A stretch of DNA of 63,961 nucleotides from an uncultured Candidatus Saccharibacteria bacterium (GCA_964634445.1 CAZWJA010000005.1:1-63961), one strand, 5' to 3'; shown: positions 19,299-28,484, counted from the stretch's first letter. Translations and numbers: made by a program. Notes: generated from the sequence alone by a model not told the origin.

Positions 19299-21121
19299 TA
19301 TATTTTCTCTAGATATGATTTAAGATCCGTAAGTTTAACTTTTTCTTCTTTGTCTTTCAGTCGTACGCTTACCTCACCTGCTTCAACATCCTTTGGTCCA
19401 ACTATTAGAGTAACTGGTATCTTCATGGCTGCTGCATCTCTGATCTTTTTACCTAACGATTCGTTTCTATCGTCTACCGTATACCTAATCTCATTGTATT
19501 TGACAGGCTTCATCAGTACGGTATCAGCAAGTATCTCTTTTATCTGGTCGACATAATGGTTTACAGTGTCGTTAATAGTTAGGATTCTTATCTGTTCTGG
19601 TGCCAGCCAGAACGGAAGCCACCCTGCGGTTTTCTCTAGTAAAACGACCATGAATCGTTCTAAAGAACCCAGAATTGCACGATGAACCATGATTGGAGTC
19701 TGCTTTTCTCCATTTTCATCTATGTATTCAAGTCCGAATCTCTTTGGCGTAGCGAAATCAAGCTGAATTGTTGCTAGCTGAGTCTCTTTGCCCATTGCAG
19801 TCGGATACATAAAGTCCAGTTTAGGTCCGTAAAGCGCAGCTTCACCTTCCATAGGTTTTGCGTCTAGACCAGCTTTTTCAGCTATTTCGTTTAAAGTTTT
19901 TTCTGCTTCAACCCAATCTGCATCGTCTCCTATATATGATTCAGGTGTAGATGGGTCTCTGAGCGATAGTGAAACCCAGTGATCGCCATACATCCCCAAA
20001 CCGCTATGAACTTCTTTAATTGTTTTACAAAAACCTTCAATGACTTCGTTTAAATGTTCTCTAGTTAAGAAAATATGGCCATCATCGCAAGAAATTGCGC
20101 GTACTCTTTGCAGCCCGCCTATTTGACCTGGTTTTTCGTCACGGTACTGCATAGTTACCTGCATATAATGTATAGGTAGATCTTTGTAGCTTCTAGGTAC
20201 CGCGTTATATATTTGTATATGATGTGGACAGTTAACTGGTTTCATCACAAAATCTATATCGTAATGACTTTTTACTTCAAATAGCTCTCCGGCAAATTTT
20301 TGTGCGTGGCCTGAAGTTTCGTATAAAGCCTTCCTTGCAAAATGAGGTATTTCTACTTCTTGAGCCCCGTACTTTGTGCCAACCTGGCGCATTAGTTCAG
20401 TAAGTAATCTTCTAATAGTAGTGCCTCTAGGAGTGAAAAGCGGCAGCCCTGGTCCGACTAGATCTGAGAATACGAATAAATCTAGCTCTTTCCCTAATTT
20501 GCGGTGATCACGTTCTTTAGCTTCCTCAAGCATTTTAATGTGAGCGTTAAGTTCTTCTTCCGATTCAAAAGCCACTCCGTAAAGACGTTGCATTTGGGGA
20601 TTTGTTTCCTTGCCTCTCCAATATGCACCGGCAACCCTCATCAGCTTGAAGGCGCCAACTTTTCCTGTTGATTCAACATGAGGACCACGGCATAGGTCGG
20701 TAAACTTGCCGTTTGAATAAAAAGACACTTTCTCTACCTTACCTTCGCCCTCTGCGACTGTCCCGAACTCATCCTCATCCAAATCTTTAGCGATTGTAGT
20801 ACCGGCACGTTTAAGATCATTCAATAGTTCTTCTTTATATGGCTGATTTGTCTCTTTAGCCCAGGTAATTGCATCGTCTATATTTTTCTCAGATCGTTCA
20901 AACTTTTGGTTCTGAGCGATAATGCCCCTCATTTTCTTCTCTATTTTGTTGAAGTCATCTTCTGAGACAGTTGTATTACCTAGATCTATATCGTAATAAA
21001 AGCCGTTTTCCACTACTGGGCCGACTCCGAACTTAGCATGAGGCCAGAGTTCTTGGACGGCAGATGCAGTTATATGCGCCAAAGAATGCCTCATAGCGTG
21101 CAGATTGTCAGATTTGTCCAT
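19298..21121 (-). CDS. thrS: Threonyl-tRNA synthetase (no N-terminal TGS domain)
   Basis: 607 aa. It starts in the editing domain (RHSLAHITASAVQELWP...GPVVENGFYYD) and has class II motifs (FRDE-like YRDEKPGQIGGLQRVRA; GSLERFMVVLLE). Confidence 0.93.
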   Translation of the reverse strand: MDKSDNLHAMRHSLAHITASAVQELWPHAKFGVGPVVENGFYYDIDLGNTTVSEDDFNKIEKKMRGIIAQNQKFERSEKNIDDAITWAKETNQPYKEELLNDLKRAGTTIAKDLDEDEFGTVAEGEGKVEKVSFYSNGKFTDLCRGPHVESTGKVGAFKLMRVAGAYWRGKETNPQMQRLYGVAFESEEELNAHIKMLEEAKERDHRKLGKELDLFVFSDLVGPGLPLFTPRGTTIRRLLTELMRQVGTKYGAQEVEIPHFARKALYETSGHAQKFAGELFEVKSHYDIDFVMKPVNCPHHIQIYNAVPRSYKDLPIHYMQVTMQYRDEKPGQIGGLQRVRAISCDDGHIFLTREHLNEVIEGFCKTIKEVHSGLGMYGDHWVSLSLRDPSTPESYIGDDADWVEAEKTLNEIAEKAGLDAKPMEGEAALYGPKLDFMYPTAMGKETQLATIQLDFATPKRFGLEYIDENGEKQTPIMVHRAILGSLERFMVVLLEKTAGWLPFWLAPEQIRILTINDTVNHYVDQIKEILADTVLMKPVKYNEIRYTVDDRNESLGKKIRDAAAMKIPVTLIVGPKDVEAGEVSVRLKDKEEKVKLTDLKSYLEKI

Positions 21122-21151
21122 ATAAACTCCTGTATTACATTAATAACCATT

Positions 21152-21320
21152 AAAAAAAGACGTAGGTATTTAGAAATCTCGCAATAATCTAAATGTTATC
21201 CTACGTCTCGGGTCCAATCTCTGGAGGTTCCACCTAAGACTTTTACTCTTGCCGGCACGATTTCGTTCGTTCTGGCCCTGCCAACGAGGCTCCCCGGGTG
21301 GTGAATCCGACTCATTACCT
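21152..21320 (-). promoter_or_regulatory. T-box leader (Thr specifier ACC) with terminator/antiterminator, controlling thrS
   Basis: The minus strand has TTCACCACCCGG (ACC followed by A), AAGAGTAAAAG (AGTA/S-turn-like) and the T-box sequence TTAGGTGGAACCTCC. A terminator follows: GACGTAGG...CCTACGTC plus T7, ending ~30 nt before the thrS ATG. Confidence 0.7.
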
Positions 21321-21326
21321 AAGCAA

Positions 21327-21356
21327 ATTATAGCATAACCCCTGTAATGGCCCCAA
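21327..21356 (-). promoter_or_regulatory. Extended -10 promoter for the thrS leader
   Basis: Minus strand TTGGGG-18 nt-(TGc)TATAAT. Confidence 0.5.
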
Positions 21357-21358
21357 AA

Positions 21359-21390
21359 TAAAAAATCGAGTGGTCTCGCAAATCCACTCG
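21359..21390 (-). terminator. Intrinsic terminator
   Basis: Minus strand CGAGTGG-ATTTGCGAGA-CCACTCG followed by ATTTTTTATTTT. Confidence 0.5.
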
Positions 21391-21574
21391 ATCGATTGAA
21401 AACCTCTCCCAAAACTCAACCTAGTGCTAATTATCATAACAAGGATAGTACTATTAGGCTAGTAGAAAAGTAATGTCTTTTTTACATTTTCAACTGGGGA
21501 AAACAATTCATATTATTATACCCTGCCTGGTATATTATTTATGCTTAAGATATCTCATGAATTGTGCGACACAT

Positions 21575-21600
21575 AAAAAGAGATCCGGATATGGATCTCT
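21575..21600 (-). terminator. Intrinsic terminator downstream of tRNA-Val
   Basis: Minus strand AGAGATCC-ATATCC-GGATCTCT followed by TTTTAT. Confidence 0.6.
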
Positions 21601-21605
21601 ACTTA

Positions 21606-21682
21606 TGGTGGGCGATATAGGATTTGAACCTATCACCTCCACAACGTCAATGTGGCGCTCTAGCCAAATGAGCTAATCGCCC
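21606..21682 (-). tRNA. tRNA-Val (anticodon GAC), CCA encoded
   Basis: Minus strand GGGCGAT-TA-GCTC..GAGC-G-CCACA-TTGACGT-TGTGG-...GGTTCAAATCC...ATCGCCC-A-CCA. Confidence 0.9.
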
Positions 21683-22069
21683 GGCTGCAGTTCTAACCCG
21701 TTAATGTTACTGCATAACAGAGATAAAATCAACCTTACTGCCCGAATTAATGTTGTACTAACTATTGCTTGTATTGATTTTTTTACCTGTTTATGTTATC
21801 ATAAGCGTGTTAATTGAGGTGTTTTACGGTTTGAGTACCAAGAAACAAAGCACACTGGAGGAATTTAAGCTTTTCTATGAAGAGCTGGCTTCATCAGTGA
21901 ACATAAGTCGAATCCGACGTACCAGATTAGCTGATAAATAAATCAGCTACTTTGATACACCGAATTACCCCTTGGGCAATCCAAGTTTCTCTTCTTCAAC
22001 TCTTTTTTCCCACAGTTATTCCATGCTTATCCACTAGCATTATAAATAGCTTTATGACAATATGTAGAC

Positions 22070-22468
22070 ATGGTTTGTATATATTGCGGTGGTAAAACAC
22101 AAGTTTCTAACAGCCGTACGCAGAAACGGAGCAACTCAGTTTGGCGACGTCGTACCTGTACACAGTGCCTGGCTACCGTGTCGTCAAATGAAAAAATAGA
22201 TTACGAAACAGCTATTATTATTACCGGCGAGAAGTCGTCTCAGCCCTTCTCGCGCGACATATTATTCATTAGCGTTTATGACTCATGTCGGCATAGGAAA
22301 ACCGCCATAAAGGACTCAATTGGCCTCACAGACACAATTATTAAGCAGCTTATACCCCAAATTAAGCACGCTTCATTGTCTAAAGCTCAAATCAAAGAAA
22401 CTACCGGCAAAATACTTGCCCGCTTCGATAGCGCAGCCGGCGTCCAATACAAAGCTTACCACCCCTAA
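22070..22468 (+). CDS. nrdR: NrdR-like transcriptional repressor (zinc ribbon plus short ATP-cone)
   Basis: 132 aa, CIYCGGKTQVSNSR...WRRRTCTQC (CxxC...RRRxCxxC), then an ATP-cone-like PFSRDILFISVYDSC. Confidence 0.6.
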   Translation: MVCIYCGGKTQVSNSRTQKRSNSVWRRRTCTQCLATVSSNEKIDYETAIIITGEKSSQPFSRDILFISVYDSCRHRKTAIKDSIGLTDTIIKQLIPQIKHASLSKAQIKETTGKILARFDSAAGVQYKAYHP

Positions 22469-22498
22469 TTGAATAGATCGCTTAGTACTAATATAGGG

Positions 22499-24094
22499 TT
22501 AAATTACTGTCTTGTTGTCTTCTGTTTTTGTAGCTTTGTCGGTTACGTCGAATTTGTCTAGATATTTGCCGAACATCAACCTGGTTTGGGCATTAATAGC
22601 TGCCATTGAGTTGTAAAGTATTGTCGTTACTGGAAGCAGCACCCATTGCAGAACCATGAATACGGTCCGGTGTTTCTTGTATCGTTCTGGTTTTGGAGGC
22701 AGTGTCTTTAGGCTAAGATACAGCGTAGCCAATATACCGACCATAGCTATAGTCTGGATACGACCCGCGATAACCGGCAATTGATTAGATGCGTAGTCGT
22801 TATTATTGAATAGCGCCGGTATAAAACCAGCAAAAGCCAGTATCAACGGTGCTGTCGACCAGCTGATATGGCCTTCCAAAAGCCGGCTAAACTTCATAAT
22901 TAGATCGCCTTTAGGAACATTATTCTGAGAGAAGAAGCCCTTTTCGACTACATATGCTACGTCTGACGCGCCCCACGCCCAACGCCTAATCTGAATGAAT
23001 TGCATCTTAAGGGTCTTAATATAAGAAGATGAAAAGACAGCATCTTGATAAATTGGAACATATAATGGATATACCTCGTGTTTGCCGTCAAACCGGAAAT
23101 AAGTCCGCCAGAACTGGTGACCGTCTTCTACGATGGTACGAACACTCCAGTAATCTGTTTCGATCAGGGCGGCCATACCTTGGGCATGCGATGAGAAGTT
23201 GCGAATCATGTGCGGCCGCATAGACAGTACAATATTCCAGAATGAATTTCCGGTTGCTATCACCCTCATTAGTGCCGGTGCATCCCATATATTATTGGTA
23301 TAAATTGGAACCGGTTGGAAGGATGAATAAAGCGGATCCGGACAAATGCAGTACAGGTATGCCAGTGACGCTAAATATCCTTTATGCGGACGATTGTCCG
23401 AGTCTAGCGTCGTAACTATTACGTTGATCGGGTCAATATTTGCCTTTTCCAGATAACTTTCCAGCTGCCTGGCAGCAAAGGTAATGTTTCCACCTTTGCC
23501 TCTGACTTCTTTTTCAGTCAGCGGGTGCTTGGCGGTTAGAGTATGGGCGAACTGGCTGCCGTATTCTTTGGCTAAATCAAGTACAGCTGTTTCCGACTGG
23601 GCGCCGTCCCGGCCTTCGTATGCAAGCACTAGAATTACTTTTTTCATGTCGTAATCTGACGCTATGACAGATTGGATAGTTGGTTCCAGCACTTCCCTAG
23701 TCTCGTTATAGGCAGCAATAATAATCGCATGGTATACATCGTCAGGCTTAATGTCTTTAACCAGCTTCAGATTATCTCTATGCCAGCTTGGACTGTTATT
23801 AGTGTTTACTGTACCGGTCTGCAGGTCATCCAGCATTCCCCGCCAGTTTAATGCCGAGAATTCATCTATTTTCTTAATTCCCTGGAAATTCCTAAGCAAC
23901 AGTCCCATAGATTTAACGAACCAAAGAAGGATATAGATAATTACGATGAATATAACTACCCTAGGGATAAAGAAGCTTAAGATAAACGGAAGTAACAGGA
24001 TCGACCAAGTTAATAGCCCAGGCAGTATCTCAAAAAAGCGGTACCGGCGGGTTCTGTCTTCTTCATATGGGATCTCTATGTCGGCTTTGCGCAT
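22499..24094 (-). CDS. Processive family-2 glycosyltransferase (cellulose/chitin-synthase-like), polytopic membrane protein
   Basis: 531 aa, IIAAYNETREVLEPTIQS, TTLDSDNRP (DxD region), QIRRWAWG (QxxRW), with multiple TM helices at both ends. Confidence 0.75.
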   Translation of the reverse strand: MRKADIEIPYEEDRTRRYRFFEILPGLLTWSILLLPFILSFFIPRVVIFIVIIYILLWFVKSMGLLLRNFQGIKKIDEFSALNWRGMLDDLQTGTVNTNNSPSWHRDNLKLVKDIKPDDVYHAIIIAAYNETREVLEPTIQSVIASDYDMKKVILVLAYEGRDGAQSETAVLDLAKEYGSQFAHTLTAKHPLTEKEVRGKGGNITFAARQLESYLEKANIDPINVIVTTLDSDNRPHKGYLASLAYLYCICPDPLYSSFQPVPIYTNNIWDAPALMRVIATGNSFWNIVLSMRPHMIRNFSSHAQGMAALIETDYWSVRTIVEDGHQFWRTYFRFDGKHEVYPLYVPIYQDAVFSSSYIKTLKMQFIQIRRWAWGASDVAYVVEKGFFSQNNVPKGDLIMKFSRLLEGHISWSTAPLILAFAGFIPALFNNNDYASNQLPVIAGRIQTIAMVGILATLYLSLKTLPPKPERYKKHRTVFMVLQWVLLPVTTILYNSMAAINAQTRLMFGKYLDKFDVTDKATKTEDNKTVI

Positions 24095-24095
24095 G

Positions 24096-24449
24096 TTATC
24101 TCAGCACCAATAAGGCGTTGCTCACGATTATAGCCAGCAGCATTAATAACGCGCCTAGGCTCAAGACCATGACAGAATAGTTTCGGTGATGGTCGTATAC
24201 TTTAGCACTTAATACCATGTTTATTCCGAAAACAACTATCAGGAACACTACAAAAGCTAGAATATCGGTGATTTTACCAGCTTTGTAGGCACTAATTCCC
24301 AAATTAGATCTAAACTCTACAATATAGCTGCTTCCCCGTCCGCTTCCCAGTCGCAAGAACACCAAGATCGTTCCGATAACTGCGAAAAAGCTGTTGAGGC
24401 TGAGCAATAAAAGAACTAGTCGGTCCTGGAGATAATCTTTTGGAAACAT
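24096..24449 (-). CDS. Small integral membrane protein (3-4 TM)
   Basis: 117-aa hydrophobic ORF ending 1 nt before the GT2 start codon. Confidence 0.5.
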   Translation of the reverse strand: MFPKDYLQDRLVLLLLSLNSFFAVIGTILVFLRLGSGRGSSYIVEFRSNLGISAYKAGKITDILAFVVFLIVVFGINMVLSAKVYDHHRNYSVMVLSLGALLMLLAIIVSNALLVLR

Positions 24450-24469
24450 ATGGATTAATTTTACACTTT

Positions 24470-25384
24470 TTATCTACCGACAACTAGCTTATTGTAGGTA
24501 TCTTCAAGCACTTCGTATAAATTCCAGTACTGTGGCCATGATTTAGATACGCAAGCAGGATGAACAAATTCTATTTCTATTCCTGAGAACAGCCCGAAAA
24601 AGGCTAGAGCTTGAACAACTCTGTGGTCTCTACTATCTACTGGTTGTCCCTCTACTGCTTTATTTAGCATCAGAGGAAGTTCAGCTATTCTATTAGATTC
24701 ATGTCCTCGTAGAGATGGAAATCTCTGGTCTGCTTCTTCTATCGATATTTCACCGAATACATAGCCGTGAGGTACGTCTTCAGCTTGCTTTACTTCAAAC
24801 TCGGCGTCTTCGCCGTGAATAAGCCTTACAATATGTAGCGCCTGATTAAATAACGTTTCATCTAACCTTCTGACCCACCTTTCACCCGTTTGTTGCTTTT
24901 CATGCCACTCATCCCATACATCATAAGTTAACCCTAGTTTATATGGAGGATTTGAAATCCGCTCAGGATCTCCGATAAGCACTGCTGCTGTTGCCCATTG
25001 CGAAGTCCTATCTCTAAGGTGAAGCAATTCAGTTTGATTACTACATGCCAACACTTCTTCTTCGGTAGCAATATCTCTACTTATTAGCGTTCCATGCTTA
25101 ATGATCTGCTTTCCCCAACTCTGCTTCCAGTTGCTAAAACTGAAAATTCTTGCCAGTGTTCCAGATTCGCCAACGTCCAATGGTTTGTCCGTCGGCAGAT
25201 CTAGAATTATTTGTTCAAGAACCCGAATATCATCTGACGGATGAGCAATCGAATCAAGCTGTTCGAGCGCATAACCCGGATCACCATAGAATGTTTCTAA
25301 AACTGCCATTCTAATATCGTATGACTTATCATCATCAATAAAGGGGGTAATTAGTTTTTCGTGCTCAGTGATTGTGTTTATCAT
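24470..25384 (-). CDS. Short, degenerate EPSP-synthase/MurA-fold (enolpyruvyl transferase-like) protein
   Basis: 304 aa. GESGTLARIF (compare AroA GNAGTAMR), SLRGHESNRIAEL (compare LRVKESDRI) and RDHRVVQALAFFGL (compare DHRMAM). It is about 130 aa shorter than AroA/MurA, and the Lys and Asp of the KESDR motif are replaced. Confidence 0.45.
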   Translation of the reverse strand: MINTITEHEKLITPFIDDDKSYDIRMAVLETFYGDPGYALEQLDSIAHPSDDIRVLEQIILDLPTDKPLDVGESGTLARIFSFSNWKQSWGKQIIKHGTLISRDIATEEEVLACSNQTELLHLRDRTSQWATAAVLIGDPERISNPPYKLGLTYDVWDEWHEKQQTGERWVRRLDETLFNQALHIVRLIHGEDAEFEVKQAEDVPHGYVFGEISIEEADQRFPSLRGHESNRIAELPLMLNKAVEGQPVDSRDHRVVQALAFFGLFSGIEIEFVHPACVSKSWPQYWNLYEVLEDTYNKLVVGR

Positions 25385-25392
25385 ATTACCTC

Positions 25393-25467
25393 TGGTGCGG
25401 ACGGAGGGAGTCGAACCCTCGTCTCAACCTTGGGAAGGTTACATATTAGCCGTTATACGACGCCCGC
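25393..25467 (-). tRNA. tRNA-Gly (anticodon CCC), CCA encoded
   Basis: Minus strand GCGGGCG-TC-GTAT..ATAT-G-TAACC-TTCCCAA-GGTTG-AGAC-GAGGG-TTCGACT-CCCTC-CGTCCGC-A-CCA. Confidence 0.88.
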
Positions 25468-25468
25468 C

Positions 25469-25545
25469 TGGAGCCACCTTGGGGACTCGAACCCCAGGCC
25501 CCCACTTTACGAAAGTGATGCTCTAGCCAGCTGAGCTAAGGTGGC
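25469..25545 (-). tRNA. tRNA-Thr (anticodon CGT), discriminator U, CCA encoded
   Basis: Minus strand GCCACCT-TA-GCTC..GAGC-A-TCACT-TTCGTAA-AGTGG-...GGTTCGAGTCC...AGGTGGC-T-CCA. Only 1 nt separates it from tRNA-Gly. Confidence 0.88.
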
Positions 25546-25654
25546 ATTCAATATTGAATTATATCAAAATAAAGCTTAGAACGGTTGCATTTTACCCCTG
25601 ATATTGTTAGACTAACCTCCGTTGCTTTATTATTTAAACCAACAAAACAAACGC

Positions 25655-25732
25655 GGGCCCGTGGTGTAGCTGGCCTAACACGCCTCCCTGTCACGGAGGA
25701 GATCGCCGGTTCGAATCCGGTCGGGCCCGCCA
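25655..25732 (+). tRNA. tRNA-Asp (anticodon GTC), CCA encoded
   Basis: GGGCCCG-TG-GTGT..ACAC-G-CCTCC-CTGTCAC-GGAGG-AGATC-GCCGG-TTCGAAT-CCGGT-CGGGCCC-G-CCA. Confidence 0.9.
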
Positions 25733-25779
25733 AGCTTAAGCAATACCCAATATACCTGGAATATGGTATTTTTTGTTTT

Positions 25780-26157
25780 ATGGCTGAAGATGAATTTACC
25801 CCGAATTTAGCAGAACGAGAAGATTCACGCTTTTGGTATGTAGACAGTAAGATGAATGTTACTAAACCTGGCGATACCGTTATTATTAGCGAAGTATGTG
25901 GAGATAGTTTTGGTGAATATAGTCGAATTAAACACTTAGGAATAGCTGCAACTTTTTTATTAAATTTTAATGAGGATGAACAAAGTAGCATCGAGTTAGC
26001 AAAAGTATTCTGTGACCCAGGTGAAATAGATGCATTATCACCTGAAGAAGTAGATTCATTTTCAAGAATGCCTTACTTTTCAGCAAATTTTGAAGGAATT
26101 GGTACCATTACATTTAGCGGCATGGAATGTTTTTGGGGATCTGTTCAAGATCAATAG
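25780..26157 (+). CDS. Hypothetical acidic protein
   Basis: The supplied ORF 25585..26157 overlaps tRNA-Asp. The first ATG downstream of the tRNA (25780, MAEDEFTPN...) gives 125 aa. No motif recognised. Confidence 0.4.
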   Translation: MAEDEFTPNLAEREDSRFWYVDSKMNVTKPGDTVIISEVCGDSFGEYSRIKHLGIAATFLLNFNEDEQSSIELAKVFCDPGEIDALSPEEVDSFSRMPYFSANFEGIGTITFSGMECFWGSVQDQ

Positions 26158-26369
26158 TTAAATAGTTCGGAAATCAGACTCGATACCCCGCCAGTAAGAA
26201 ATACTGGAAAGATTACTTGAATATATTAAATATAACTTTATCTGAACTTTATAGATAAGCTATATAGCCCTCAAAGTATTTCGTAAACTAAATATTTACA
26301 GATAGATTATCAATAAATTCATTTAGTCATTTCCTTGACTTTTTTTCTATTTTGTGCTATCATTTATCC

Positions 26370-26729
26370 ATGAAAACAACTCCGGAATCCAGCGTAGCAT
26401 CAGAATTAGAATCGACTAGAGAAAAATATAATATTGGTATAGGTTCTATCGTAGACCGCATAGACTTAGGCGAACGTGCTTTTGTTATAAGCGAAGCTTT
26501 CGGAGACACAGACATAGTAAATGCAAATAAGATTGAAGTTAACGAAGACGGCAAATATGTAGTTAGCATGTTTGGTGGTAGTGGCTCCCTTTCTGAAATG
26601 AAATTAGTAGACGTCGATAAGTTAACTGTAGATGAAATTGTTGAAGGCGTTAGTCGCGGTCTGCCTGAATACCTAAGACCGCAAGAAGCTGAAATGCTCG
26701 AATCCTTTAGGCAATCCTTAGAGCAATAG
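26370..26729 (+). CDS. Hypothetical acidic protein
   Basis: ORF 26352..26729. The likely start is the ATG of MKTTPESS at 26370. No motif recognised. Confidence 0.4.
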   Translation: MKTTPESSVASELESTREKYNIGIGSIVDRIDLGERAFVISEAFGDTDIVNANKIEVNEDGKYVVSMFGGSGSLSEMKLVDVDKLTVDEIVEGVSRGLPEYLRPQEAEMLESFRQSLEQ

Positions 26730-26781
26730 ATACTTAGCTCTTAAACTAGTTTGCATAACTTTATTACTCAGCTATAACAGA

Positions 26782-27855
26782 TCACAGCTTTATATATACG
26801 GTCGCTTTTTTCTTATCTTTTAGGTCGTTAATAAAACCGTTGATGTCTTTAAAATTAATGACTATATGAGCTGCTCTAACCTTTTCGCCCTGCACTTCAA
26901 TGTTTTTAACAATTTCTAAACAGTAGGTATTTACGCAGTATCCGGAATTAATAACGTCGGATACTTGACCAGGTTTTAGCTTAAATATGGCATCAGCCGT
27001 CCTAGGTGTAATATCCCTATTAGTCTTATCTATTACGCTTTCATATTCCCCGCCATTGTCTTTTGTTGCTTGGTCTTCAGAATATTTTTTTGCTACGTCT
27101 GCAAAAGAAACTCCGCTGTCTAATTCTGCTTTAGCAGCTTTTGCTTTAGCCATTGCTTCCGGATCAAGTTCTGGCATTAGCTTTTGTTCCATTAGCTGAG
27201 TTTTAACGTTGCGTTTAAAATCTTGAGTTGTCCAACCCCAATACTGTTTAAGTACGTCTTCGAATACTTTATCACTTCCCCCTAGTCTGTTCTGAGTTTT
27301 GACAATCTTAATTTCGTCATTCACCTCTACATCGCTGACTGAAACTTTCTTATCTTTGGCCATCATTTTGATATAGGCGTCGTTAATTACTTTATTCAGT
27401 GCCCGTTTTTTGTAATCCTGAAGCTGCTGCTTGCCAGATTCGCTGTTAAAGTCTAGTTTCTGTTCGTTTTGGTAATAATGAATGTAATGTTTAAGTTCAA
27501 ACAGATAATTCTCATAAGCTACAAAGTTATTGCCGGCTTTTGCAATTGGAAAAGGAATAACCTGTGTGACTCCGTACAAGAAAGCCGAATGTGATTTTAG
27601 CTTATATAGTGAAAAGGTTGTAAAGCCGAAGAATCCGACCAAAGCGGCAATAAACAACGAAGTCGTGATCAACACGATCTTGTGCTTGGAGTGCTGTAGG
27701 GGGTAGATATACTTTCGAGCACTGGATAAGACTTCTTCTCTGTGTTCGGCAACTGTCTCATTAGTTATCTTTGGTAGGTGCTCTCTGACTTGTTCTTCGA
27801 GTTTAGCAGCTTTCCTAGCCTTAGGTGATAATAGTTTTCTTATTCTTTTCTTCAT
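26782..27855 (-). CDS. Membrane-anchored parvulin-type peptidyl-prolyl isomerase (PrsA/SurA-like)
   Basis: 357 aa with an N-terminal TM. SurA-N-like helical region, then FADVAKKYSEDQATKDNGGEY...KPGQVSDVI (rotamase-type motif). Confidence 0.65.
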   Translation of the reverse strand: MKKRIRKLLSPKARKAAKLEEQVREHLPKITNETVAEHREEVLSSARKYIYPLQHSKHKIVLITTSLFIAALVGFFGFTTFSLYKLKSHSAFLYGVTQVIPFPIAKAGNNFVAYENYLFELKHYIHYYQNEQKLDFNSESGKQQLQDYKKRALNKVINDAYIKMMAKDKKVSVSDVEVNDEIKIVKTQNRLGGSDKVFEDVLKQYWGWTTQDFKRNVKTQLMEQKLMPELDPEAMAKAKAAKAELDSGVSFADVAKKYSEDQATKDNGGEYESVIDKTNRDITPRTADAIFKLKPGQVSDVINSGYCVNTYCLEIVKNIEVQGEKVRAAHIVINFKDINGFINDLKDKKKATVYIKL

Positions 27856-28424
27856 TCTTCTATTTCCCTTTCGGATTGAGTTTCCGTTACATCAACACCC
27901 TCTTGCCTCAATATCTTTAGTAGCTGCTTCTGTATTTTAGCCGGATGGTGAATATCATGGATAATCAAGTCGCCGACGTAAGTTTGCATCATAATAGTAC
28001 CATATCCTAAAGCGGTTTGTTGCAGTCCGGCTATCTGGTAGTTGACCATTTGGATCTGGCTTAAGCCAAGGTCTACAACAGTACGGTTAAATAGTCCTTT
28101 CTGAGTAATCTGAATCAATCTTTGGTCGGTTACTATGAATACGCTGTAGTACCAGCCAATCCAAGACGGAAATAATATCAAGCAGCCAAACAATATACTA
28201 AACAGCAGGCTTAAGAAGAAAAACGACATGCTTGGCAGCTCGTTTGGTCGGACGTAAGTCAGAATCAGCGTATACAATGGTCCTATAAGCCAAGCGGCCA
28301 TACCAAAGATAAGACCCCGACGCATCACAATTGGATGCTTGCGAAATACAAACAAAACTTCTTCGTCTTCGAATTGGTCCTCAAAGTATTTTTGACGGCC
28401 TGTTTGTTTTTTAGCCATATGCAC
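27852..28424 (-). CDS. Membrane protein with bacterial PH (bPH_2/YdbS-like) domain
   Basis: 190 aa. Two TM helices, then VTDQRLIQITQKGLFNRTVVDLGLSQIQMVNY. 4-nt overlap with the downstream PPIase gene. Confidence 0.55.
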   Translation of the reverse strand: MHMAKKQTGRQKYFEDQFEDEEVLFVFRKHPIVMRRGLIFGMAAWLIGPLYTLILTYVRPNELPSMSFFFLSLLFSILFGCLILFPSWIGWYYSVFIVTDQRLIQITQKGLFNRTVVDLGLSQIQMVNYQIAGLQQTALGYGTIMMQTYVGDLIIHDIHHPAKIQKQLLKILRQEGVDVTETQSEREIEE

Positions 28425-28484
28425 TATTATAGACTATAACCAGATAATTCCTATCTGTTGTATACTGTTATGCGGAGTTTATGC

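Noticed and set aside
21170-21412. 80-aa minus-strand ORF upstream of thrS
   Set aside because: It coincides with the terminator, promoter and T-box leader. The RNA elements explain the region better than a peptide does.
21391-21574. Possible short transcript between the tRNA-Val terminator and a second terminator at 21359-21390
   Set aside because: Only a weak promoter is present (TATAAT at 21520..21515 without a credible -35), and I see no convincing structure or ORF. The second hairpin may simply be a backup terminator.
21831-21944. 37-codon ORF (TTG start, GAGGTG 9 nt upstream) between tRNA-Val and nrdR
   Set aside because: I recognise no family. It is short, has a non-ATG start and cannot be distinguished from chance.
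25548-25991. 147-aa minus-strand ORF and the 5' part (25585-25779) of the 190-aa plus-strand ORF
   Set aside because: Both run through the tRNA-Thr and tRNA-Asp genes, so the tRNA cloverleaves explain the sequence. Only the part downstream of tRNA-Asp (from ATG 25780) was kept as a possible CDS.
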